DNA of 17,784 nt from Azolla caroliniana. Its lineage: Eukaryota > Plantae > Polypodiophyta. The notes beneath the pieces are model-generated. The model was given only the letters and a program-made list of their open reading frames with translations. It was not told the origin of the DNA and did not search any database. Positions 8,701 to 17,784 of the stretch are shown in pieces; position 1 is the first letter of the stretch; every line of letters starts with the position of its first letter. The translations under genes were made by a program, and so were the position numbers. The DNA is taken from positions 1-17,784 of the forward strand of contig JBHGNT010000683.1 of NCBI GenBank assembly GCA_043228905.1, in the 5' to 3' direction.

Positions 8701-9427
8701 TGTCGTGAGGATTTTCGGCCATGGTGGGAAAACCCAAGTGGAACGATTAAAACGAGATGTGCAACGTAGCACATATACTTATTAAATTAGTAACCTAGGA
8801 GTAAATAAGCAAATGTAAAGTGTAAGGTGTTCTACGAAAGTTCGTTAAGTGTTAATATGGTGTGCACTTATGTGCACATGGGCACGTAGGAAAGGGGAGT
8901 ACATGGGGAGTACAAATGTGATGGGCAGTGACATTGAAAGCGTGAGGGGAGAGAGTTAAAGGCCCACCGATTTAAGATCATGGGAGATATTCCCCATTAA
9001 AGGAGGGGGGATTTGACTCCTCTTTCTGTAATGTGCCTCACCCCTTACTACTATAAAAGGGAGTGAGGGGTCACTTTTGAGGGGCTTCCACTTTTGGGTT
9101 TTCTTTGGGGAGTCGCCATTTTGAGGGTTTCGGTTTAGGGTTTCTCATAGGGTTTCATTCTTCTTCTTCTTTACCTATCTAGTTAGGGTTTCGTCTAGAG
9201 TTTTGATTTGGCCTACACGGCCATGGTTGTAATCCTATAGTGGATTCTTAATATAGTTTGTTGATGTATCTTGTCTCTATTTTCTCTACCATGCTAACCT
9301 CTTATTCTTTCTCCTCCCCTTTTGAGCTCGAAGGCTGTAAGGCATAAGCTCCCATTCCCCTCTATTCCCTAGTCCAAGACCCCTGTAGTCCCGCCCAAGT
9401 AACACACACGCGCGACACTTCGCAACA
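8701..9427 (+). mobile_element. Gypsy-type LTR (727 bp) without an internal region (element 6)
   Basis: Runs TGTCGTGAGG...TTCGCAACA, interrupts gag mid-codon and has TATAAAA at 9052-9058. The start resembles the LTR of element 1. It is followed by TAATT-TGG rather than a copy of the left flank CACGC. Confidence 0.8.
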
Positions 9428-9445
9428 TAATTTGGACCAAATTTA

Positions 9446-10240
9446 TGTCGTGTCGTTACGCTTGTGCGTGGGAAACTAAGGCGGGACCACAGGGGCTCTG
9501 GACCGAGGAGTGCACAAAACAGGGAGGGGAAGAGAGCGGAAGTGATGAGCCAGCGATTACCGGCTATAGACGAGTAGCTGAACGAGGGTTGGCAAGTCCC
9601 GTTACCGGCACGCAGTGGTCACTGGCCCAAACGAAAACACAACTAGCTCTCACCGGCTCACCGGAAACACGACAACAAACAAAGAACAGACAGGGGCGCG
9701 CTCCCAACCGGTCACGAGACAACAGCGAGTTAGAGAGCACACATATACACTGGGAGACGACAACTCAAAGAATCAATTCAACCTAATAAGTGATTACAAT
9801 GCTCCCAATATTACAATTGTCACGATAGTGACCGACCAAACACACACTCACACACACACACACCGAAACACGCAATGGAGCCCCTGCTGGAAGCGCTCGG
9901 GCTTCTCTCGCGAGCAAAAGCGACGGACCCAAAATTTGTAGAGATCAACGGGAATGAGGAGAAGAATGCTCGGTTCCCAGTCCAACAACACTTCGTCCTC
10001 GCCAAAACGCGATCCCCTTTCAGCCTTCTCCCCTTTCCCTTATAGCCGCCGGGGAGGGGCTGTCACATCCTATTTACATCGTGTTTATTCTCTGTCCCTT
10101 TGGGCAGAGATACACATCGATTTTGTAGCTATAAATACGTTCTACCTAGTATATTTACATCAGTCCGACCTATTCCTAGTTATGTACAATTCACCTGCTT
10201 TATCCTCCAACTCCTCTTAAGGCCGGTTTTCTTCACGACA
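9446..10240 (-). repeat. 3' LTR of element 7 (795 bp)
   Basis: Perfect 7-bp inverted termini TGTCGTG...CACGACA, directly after the PPT, with minus-strand TATAA near 10040-10044 and a CA-repeat run at about 9841-9862. Confidence 0.9.
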
Positions 10241-10253
10241 TCCACCCCCATTC
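10241..10253 (-). other. Polypurine tract of element 7
   Basis: Minus strand GAATGGGGGTGGA abuts TGTCGTG. Confidence 0.8.
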
Positions 10254-10314
10254 AACCGCGCATCCATCGGCATGCACCAGAAAGGCACAAATACTGGAGA
10301 AAACCGGCTCGTGT

Positions 10315-12366
10315 TCACCCATCGCCCTCCGAATCATCGTCTGCTCTGAACCGGTCGTCCTCGTTGTCCGTGCTCCCCGAGTCCGGCTCATCTTCATGCC
10401 GCTTCTTGATGTCCTTGATCCTCTTCCCGGCTCCCGGCACCGCTATCCGCGTCCCGTCGAGTTCTGCGAGATGGTAAGTGCCGTTGTCATTTGTGCTTGT
10501 TACAGCGTAGGGCCCGAAGCACCTCCTCGCGAACTTACACATCACCTTGTGCTGGTTGTCGAGGCTGGTGTCGTAAACCAACACCCAATCGTCTTCCTCG
10601 ATCTTCTTTGGTCATAGCCGGTGAGTTTAGTCAAACCGGCCTTTGTTCTTCACACTTGTCGCGTGCAGCCTTGTCCTTGCCTGATCCACATCCTCCGGTC
10701 TCCACTCGAGCTGTCGAATTCGTGTTGCTAATAGCTCCTCCCGGCTCATCTCGTCCTTCCAGTCCACCGCGGCCCAAGAGGAGATCGTTCGCTCCATCGG
10801 CATGATCGGCTTCTGCCCGTACATCAACTCTGCCGGCATGAACCCAGTTACCGAACTATGCGTAGTTCGGTCCGCCCACAATGCGTAAGGTAGGAGCCGC
10901 AACCAATTCCTGACTTGCCCTTCACATGCCCGTACTAACGCCTTCACGATCAGCCCGTGCCCACACTCTATCTTCCCGTTAGCCTCCGGATTGTACGTCG
11001 TTGTGAGGGAGAGCTTGACCCCTAACTGGGTGAACAACTCTTCGGCTTCCTGTGCATTCAACTCTCCTTGGTTAGCCACGATCTTTCCCACACACCCGTA
11101 CCGGCATACCACTTCCTCTATCAGAAATCGACACACAACCGCAATCGTCTTATTTTGTAGTGCGTGGCCCTCCACTTGGTTCGTCAAGTCCTCTCGCGCA
11201 AGCACCAGGTACTGCATCTGCCCTACCCCCATCAGCATCATCACTAAGTCTACGATCCATTTGAAATGGACGGTCGGGGGGTAGGTCGGGTGTATCTTGT
11301 CTCGATGTCGGATTGCGGAGTGCATCTGGCAACTCTCACACGTCACGAACTGATGCACATCCCGGTATAGCCCTGACCACCAATACTTCTCCTTCAGCTT
11401 CTCGAATGTGGCCCACGTCCTGCAATGTCCGGCCCAAGGACTCTCGTGGTACTTCGTCAGCAATGCGTTCCGCTCTTCCTTTCCTGCCACTACGCTGAGT
11501 GGAGCACCACCTCGCTTTTTTGAGTGCTTCCATATGTTCCCGTCCCGCAGGAAGAACCGGTACAACTTCTTTTGGATCCGATTAGCTTTGTCTCTCGTCC
11601 ACGCTGCATCCGGTGTCATTGTCTTCAAGAACCTACCGATCTGGAGCCACTTCCCATTGTACTCGCCTTTGTCGAACTCGTTAAGTGCCGGAGTGCTCCT
11701 TGCCCTTGTCGTCATGTAAGCCGACTCGAAGAAGTCTACGCCGACTTCCTCGTCCTCTGATACGATGCTGTCCTCGTCGTCGAACTGTGCTCTCGAAAGC
11801 TTGTCGGCCATGACATTTTCTTCCCCGGAGATGTGCCATATCTCCGGATTCACGAACTTAATGTACGCGATCCACCTCAGCATCGCCAGGTCCGGCGTCG
11901 CGCATCCGGAAACCATACCGAGGATCGGTAGGCAGTCCATTTCGATTATCACCTCCGTCCCGATCAAGTAGTCTTTATCGGCCTTGACTGCCAAAACGAT
12001 ACCCCAGAGTTCGCATTTAACCTGTGCGTATCCTCGGTATCGCTCGCTATGTACCTTCACTCCAAACCGGATGCGGAACCTCGCGCTGCTCTCATCCTCC
12101 TGGTTGATCACCCATCCGATCTTGGTCGGGCTCATGTCTACGATCATGTATATTGGGACCTCCTTGCCGTAAATCTCTTTCCGGAGTGCCGGAGCTGCGG
12201 TAAGTGCCCCCTTCAACCTCCGGACCGATTCCACATGCTCTCCGCCACACTCGAACTTACGTCCTTTCTTCAGCAACCAGTAAAGTGGCTCCGCGATGTG
12301 TGCATAGTGCGGGATCCAGATGTGGTAGAACGTGCATGCGCCCAAGAACCTCTACACCTCTGTAAC
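10315..12366 (-). pseudogene. pol: gypsy Pol: RNase H plus integrase
   Basis: ORF 10627-12345 has RNase H motifs IVDMSP, ELWGI, IEMDCLP and ADKLSR, then integrase HESPWAGH...CESC, WIVDLV and YNPEANGKIE. GPY/F motif FGPY and an acidic tail are in 10315-10584. The second integrase Asp appears changed to N (IVANQGE). Confidence 0.95.
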
Positions 12367-14182
12367 CTACTTGCATTCTTCCTTCATTATGGAGATGGCC
12401 TCTACCTTTGTAGGAGACAGTTTCCGACCGTAAGGCCCGCACAAGTGTCCGACCACTAGGATCTCCGACTGCCCGAAAGCTGATTTCTCTCCGGAGAAGG
12501 TGAGCCGCGCGCTCTCAAGTTTCTGTAGCACCTTCTCGCAGTCGCCGATGTGGTCCACAACCAACCTCCGGCATCCGTCCGGCCCAACCGATTCATCCTT
12601 ATCTTCCACCAGACAACCTTTAATTGGGATGTCATCCAAAAATGGCATGGTGATGTTCGGGATGCAGTCCCTCAGCATCTTGTTCATCGTGTTCACCATG
12701 TGCGCCACCGAGTTGGTTCCTCTTTGCGTCAGGGTGCACATCTGCACTAGGCCGAGAGGAGTCTGCATTGTCATGATGTCTCTGCTCTCCACGACTAGTT
12801 GGAATTGGTCATACCCTGAGTACAGATCACCGACCAAATATATCGACCTTCCGGGGAAGGCTTCCGCGAACTCGTCAATGGTCGGTCCGATACATGCGTT
12901 CCGAATGGTCACCGCGCGCTCTCAAGTTTCTGTACCACCTTCTCGTAGTCGCCGATGTGGTTCGCAACCAACCTCCGGCATCTGTCCGGCCCAACCGATT
13001 CATCCTTATCTTCCACCGGACAACCTTTAATTGGGATGTCATCCAAAAACGGCATGGTGATGTCCGGGATGCAGTCCCTTAGCACCTTGTTCATCGCGTT
13101 CACCATGTGTGCCACTGAGTTGGTTCCTCCTTGCAGCAGGGTGCACATCCGCACTAGGCCGAGAGGAGTCTGCATTGTCGTGATGTCTCTACTCTCCACG
13201 ACTAGTTGGAATTGGTCATACCCTGAGTACAGATCACCGACTGAATAGATCGACCTTCCGGCAAAGGTTTCCGTGAACTCGTCAATGGTTGGTCCGATAG
13301 CTGCGTTCCGAATGGTCACCCTCTTGACCGGTTGCAGGTCTTGAATGAAGCGCAACGTGCCGTTCTTCTTGGGCATGGTAAACCAACGACTCGAATATGG
13401 GGCACTCGAGGCTCGAGGATGCCCATCTCCACCTTTTGCTTCAGTAGCTCCATCAACTTCGGGATGTGAGCTCTGGGTACCAGAATCGGTTTGAGATTCC
13501 ATGACACATGCGGTGCCGTGAAGATAACCATCGGTTCTACGATCACCGGGTCCACGCACCTGATCTCCTATGGTGAGAATGCAAAGGACTTCCCGTGCCT
13601 CTCGAGCATCCTCCGAAACCGATCCTCCTCCACCGGAAGTAGAAAGCCACCCCCACCAACCTTGAGCTCCCATAGCGTTCTGTCGGTGAACTGATGCCCT
13701 ATACCGGCCGGATTTCGTAAGCTTGGGTCCGACGTGACCCCTTTCATCCGTACTTTGCTGTCCTCCGGCAAGGATGCTGGGACTAGCCTCATCTTCCGGT
13801 CCACAGTCTTGTACCTCGTGTCTACGCAGGCTGTCCGATCCGACTCGGCCTTCATCCCGAAGTCGGCAATGACTTCGTACATCTCCACAGAACCAACCGG
13901 AATCACCCGGTCTTCATTGAGGCCTTCTTCGACCACCTTCCCTATCTCTCCTAGGGTCTCATTGAAAGAGACCGCCTCCACGGCACTGCCAATCTCTTCG
14001 TCGGGGCTGAGGGCTCCGTATGCCCTGAGGCGCTCCTTCGCCCGCTTCCTTTCCTGGCCGCTGATGCCGATTATCGTACAACCTCTGCTATCGGAGAACC
14101 AAAATTTCCTACCTATGGTACACGTGTGGGGTTTCTCCGGAGGTGTCCAGACTATCGCGACCCCATGCCTTGATAGCCCTCT
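12367..14182 (-). pseudogene. pol: gypsy Pol: linker plus reverse transcriptase (core tandemly duplicated, frameshifted)
   Basis: Motifs PYSSRWFTMPKKNGTLRFIQDLQPV, GDLYSGYDQF, QGGTNS, PFLDDIPIKG (twice) and VVGHLC. Confidence 0.95.
12505..13318. repeat. 407-bp direct tandem duplication of the RT core
   Basis: 12505-12911 versus 12912-13318: about 29 substitutions by manual alignment (about 93% identity), no indels seen. Confidence 0.95.
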
Positions 14183-14397
14183 CTAAAAATCCCCTTGGCC
14201 ATCGCTGCCGGGGGTCTCGCGGTTACGCTCGTGGTTCAGTTGCACTGTTAGGAATTGGACGGAGTGTCGTCCATCTTGGCTCCTCCGTAGCGCATGTCGC
14301 TGTGCGTATTTCCAGCCGTGCTTGGTGTTGATTGGTCACTGCCCCTTTCTATAGAAGTCCATGGACATCAAGTTGATTTCGGAACCGTGGTCAATCA
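14183..14397 (-). pseudogene. Retropepsin-like aspartic protease remnant
   Basis: IDHGSEINLMSMDFYRKGQ*PINTKHGWK, then after a probable deletion QDGRHSVQFLTVQLNHERNRETPGSDGQGDF*. Confidence 0.85.
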
Positions 14398-14876
14398 TGT
14401 TACTCCTTGGGGCAGGACTAGCCCTAACACAGGGTGTCCCTCTAGGACACTTCACCAAAGGGGTGGTGCAAGTGGGGTAGGCGTAGACCGTGATACTAGC
14501 CCAGCGTATTCCTAACCGGCTACTAACCAGCGTGGTTAATGATCATAATACACGCGTAAGATAGATTCTATTAAGCACAGAACGATAATTAACTAAAGCT
14601 TCAAAGATTAAACAAGATGTAGAACAACGACACTTTCATTAATAAACTGCTATCTGATTACAATCTAACCGGGTCCTTTTATAGTCACCAGCTCTGGGTT
14701 ACAAACCAGTGCCAACCGGCAACTGGCCACGAACCGGTCTGGATACGTATCGGCATACCGATTCCGGGTTCACTTCTCAAAATATAATAATTTTAGATAA
14801 CAACTCCTAGTTCTAAAATAATTATCCCTTTCCCGTTCTGGACTTTATCCGGCTTTTAAGTCTTTGCCGGTCAACA
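14398..14876 (-). repeat. 3' LTR of element 8 (about 479 bp)
   Basis: TGTT (14398) and AACA (14876) inverted ends. Begins exactly where element 7 protease coding stops (flank AATCA), with minus-strand TATAAAA at about 14677-14683. The upstream PPT is not clearly purine-rich, so the 14876 end is less certain. Confidence 0.75.
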
Positions 14877-15280
14877 CATGGCACACCCGTGGGACAATAC
14901 CTTGTACGTCGAATCCCACGGATCGCCCTTCAATCTTCCTCCAAAATGTCTAGAATGCTATGGTCCAAGGGTTCTAAATGCTCATCGGGTAGTTGCTCCG
15001 TCGTCGTTTGCTACTGCTGGTCCCGCTCCTCCTGCTGCTGCTCTAGTTTCTCCGGTTCCACTGGTCTTGAGGCTTCCGGTTCTAGTTCTGTTGGTTTGGG
15101 TTCCTCCTGGTGATGGTTTCCGGTGTGCAGGTTTTCCTTCTTCGGCTGATCCTCTGGAGTTTTGTTCGGTTGGCTTCCCCCAATTCTAGCTTCATTGGAC
15201 GCCTGCTTCAAAGACTGCTCTTCGTCACTAATATTGATCGTCGTAGTTCTTTTGGCCACCTCCTGCCGTTGCCGTTCTCG
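14877..15280 (-). pseudogene. Remnant of an E/Q/P-rich reading frame of unknown function between integrase and 3' LTR
   Basis: ORF 15011-15259, whose frame continues past the stop as QTTTEQLPDEHLEPLDHSILDILEED. Low complexity and not integrase-like. Confidence 0.45.
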
Positions 15281-15284
15281 TTCA

Positions 15285-16186
15285 ATAAGATTTTCTTTGA
15301 TTCCTTTTCACTCAGTCGTTCCCGAACCTGTATCCGTAAGCTCGGTACTTGAAATTCAATTGGCATCACCGCTTCTAGTCCGAACGCTAACCGGAATGGT
15401 GTCATCCTGATGCTCGTTTTATACGCCGTCTAATAAGCCCATAATGCACTGTGCAACTTCGTGTCCCAATCGGTCTGGTTCTTGTTGACGATTTTCTAGA
15501 GGATGTTCTGTAGTGTCTTGTTGGTGGACTCGACTAGTCCATTGGCCTGCGGGTAGTACGGAGTGTTGCGCTTGTGTACTACCGCTTAGAATGTTGTTAG
15601 GCTCTCCACTACTTGACCGACCGAGGAAGTGTCCACCCTGGTCGCTAATTAATTCGATTGGACATCCGTAACGGCACCAGATGTACTCGTAAAGGAACTT
15701 TGCCGTTGATGCCGCGGTATTGTCTCGCAAAGCCTTGGCCTCTACCCACTTGGTGCAATAATTCGTAGCGACAATGACATATCTGTTGCCGGTTCGCATG
15801 GTTGGCAGCTTGAATGGTCTGTCGAAGTCCAACCCCCATTTTTGAAATGGTTCCAAGGTTAGTACCGGCTAGTGAGGCATCCGCGCCTGTTCTGTCGGTT
15901 GGCCCATTCGTTGACACAAATCACATTCCTTCGTATATCGGACCGAATCTTTCAGTGTCATTGGCCACCATAGCCCTATACGCCATATCGTTCTTGTCGT
16001 AGCTTCACCAGCATAGTGTCCTCCGGCAACTCCGCAATGTGCTTCCCGTAATATGGTGTCCTTTTCATCGCTCTGCACCGCTCTACGCCATATTCCATCA
16101 GCTCCCTTGTGGTATAGGGTGTCCTGTAATAAATAAAAATGCCAGCTTTGGACCGCCAATCATTTCCGATCGTCTCTGTTCATCTC
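15285..16186 (-). pseudogene. pol: gypsy integrase (HHCC plus catalytic core), C-terminus missing
   Basis: Motifs EAHCGVAGGH...CDLCQR, PFQKWGLDF, YCTKWVEAKA, LISDQGGHF and TPFRLAFGLEAVMPIE, with stops and frameshifts. Confidence 0.93.
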
Positions 16187-17784
16187 TTCCAGAATTTCCC
16201 TGACTTTGTCAGGGTCTACTGCTATCCCGTCCTTGCTGACAATATGGCCAAGTAGCGTACCACTAGTCACCCCGAACACACATAACCGGAGATGGTCTCG
16301 GTGTTCCCCTTGCTGGCTATACACCACGAAGTCGTCTAGGAACACCTGCATAAACGCTGGGATGAGCTCTCCAAATATTTCCATGATTATCCGCTGAAAG
16401 GTAGCCGGTGTCGTCTTGAGTCCAAACATCATCACTACGGCAACAAAAACTCCCCACTTGGTAACGAACGTCGTCTTTTCTTGGTCATCGGGGTGCATCC
16501 GTATTTGATTGTAACCGCTGAATTTGTCTAGGAAGCTATATACCTCATGACCGGCTACCGCATCCAGAACTCCATCCGTGAATGGAAGTGGAAAGGCATC
16601 GGTCACCATCGTAGTATTCAGTTTTCGGTAATCGAGGCACACCCGGATCTTCCCGTTCTTCTTGGGCATGACGACTATCGGAGTCAACCATGTGGTTTTC
16701 TTTACCGGCCGGATAAAACCGACTCAGAGTACCTTGTCAATCTCTTCTTTTACCCTTACCGCATAATTAGGGTTCATTCGGTACGTCTTTGCTGAGATGT
16801 ATCTGATGTTGATACAGCTACGGATCCAGTCCTCGCATATCCTCATAGGACCAGGCAAATACGTCCCAGAATTCTTTTAATAATGTAATCATTGCCGTTT
16901 TGTTTTCCGGTGACATTTCTTTGGCAATATGTACTGGTCGTACTTCCTCTCCAGTTCCCAAGTTTACTTCTTCTAGTTGGGACGCCTTCACCCTTTGAGA
17001 TACCGCCATTTCCCGTTCCAGGGCCTCCTGTGCTTGAAGTAGTTCTTTGACGACATCTCTATCTGGTTCCTCTCTGGCATCTTCTGGTTGTGCAAGATAC
17101 GTAGATACTGCTTCGGCCACATCTATTTTGAACAAGGGTACGATTTTTGGATTATCCTCGAGATACTGCTCGACTTCCTCGTCGGCGAGCCCTTCCAACA
17201 TATTAACACTTTCAACGTATAACAGTGTTAACTCTTTGCCGGTTCCGGTTTGTGGATGTGTCGGTACCCGTACTTTGGTTTTGCCTTGTCGGAACGTAAT
17301 CACGTTCTTTCGCCAGTTTTGCTTAATGTGCGCCGTCCGCAACCATGGTAGTCCAAGCAATAGTGGGTAAGCCCCTTGGGTATTTAACTGGAGAACACCA
17401 CCGCAGAAATGCGGAATGCATGTCCTCCAATTGTTACCTCCAGATCTCGTATTAAACCAATGGGTCTTACCGAACTCGTATCTGCCATTCGGAGCCAAAA
17501 CGGGCAAGGCTCCCACTCTTGGATTCCCAGGGTATCACAAGTACGGAGGCTGATTACATTGACGCCCAATCCTTTGTCGACGATCGTCCCTGGTAGATCG
17601 CATCCTTTGACAATGGAAGTGATTGCCGGACTGATTGTGTCCACCACCACCGGCTCTTCCTCTGGGTTTGAAGAGAAAGCCGGAGCCGGCGACGAGTCTG
17701 GTGGTGTTATTGCCGATTTCAGCCCATCCGTGAATCGGGCTACTAATTGTTGTAGTCGGCCTAATGGCAACGTAATTTGACATT
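16187..17784 (-). pseudogene. pol: gypsy protease plus reverse transcriptase
   Basis: Protease IVDKGLGVNVIS...LRMAD...YPLLLGLPWL. RT TPIVVMPKKNGKIRVCLDYRKLN, FLDKFSGYNQI, MMFGLK, VFLDDF and LLGHIVS. Confidence 0.95.

Larger units (their letters stand above)
9446..14397 (-). mobile_element. Ty3/gypsy LTR retrotransposon, protease to 3' LTR (element 7)
   Basis: Minus-strand order is protease, RT, RNase H, integrase, PPT, LTR. Cut just upstream of the protease active site by element 8. No chromodomain is seen. Confidence 0.95.
14398..17784 (-). mobile_element. Non-chromovirus Ty3/gypsy element (Athila/Tat/Phygy-like), internally deleted; continues off the right edge (element 8)
   Basis: Minus-strand order is protease, EEVNLG...VFAWSY linker, RT, integrase, extra ORF remnant, 3' LTR. 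Confidence 0.92.

Noticed and set aside
8701-9427. Clean solo LTR
   Set aside because: The left flank CACGC is not repeated on the right and element 5 gag does not resume.
9445-10220. ORFs 9445-9786, 9615-9941, 9820-10005 and 9954-10220 as genes
   Set aside because: They lie within an LTR, cross a CA microsatellite and show no protein motifs.
982-10240. Pairing LTRs 982-1876, 8701-9427 and 9446-10240 as ends of one element
   Set aside because: They share only the TGTCGTG-type termini; their bodies, lengths and orientations differ, so they belong to related but separate families.
10100-17780. Numerous plus-strand ORFs (e.g. 12500-13030, 13734-14186, 17409-17780)
   Set aside because: They are antisense shadows of GC-rich pol coding sequence.
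4550-17784. Prokaryotic RT system (retron, DGR, group II intron) or a domesticated multi-RT locus
   Set aside because: Every RT is a standard LINE, copia or gypsy RT with stops, frameshifts or deletions, embedded in LTR/PPT/TSD structures.

Overview
No host gene is recognisable. The window is a nested stack of decayed retrotransposons from a plant genome; the element types suggest a moss or other non-seed plant, which is inference. From left to right: (1) a minus-strand Ty3/gypsy 5' end with gag pseudogene, tRNA-Trp PBS and 895-bp LTR (1-1876); (2) a degenerate plus-strand segment ending in a probable PPT and LTR with 17-bp repeats (1877-4444); (3) a minus-strand Tnt1/Tork-like Ty1/copia (about 4445-7894) whose 3' LTR is split by (4) a 5'-truncated RTEX-like LINE with a (TCTA)n tail (4721-6024); (5) a plus-strand Tcn1/Tf1-like gypsy 5' LTR and gag start (7895-8700); (6) a further gypsy LTR (8701-9427) joined tail-to-tail to (7) a minus-strand gypsy with protease, RT, RNase H and integrase and a 407-bp tandem duplication of the RT core (9446-14397); (8) a minus-strand non-chromovirus gypsy lacking RNase H (14398-17784). 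The most unusual unit is the 414-bp LTR at 7895-8308. It combines an antisense tRNA-like cassette, a heat-shock-element array, a TATA box, and a 13-nt perfect complement between the predicted transcript 5' end and the PBS position (Tf1-type self-priming). All alignments and counts were done by eye and no database search was run.
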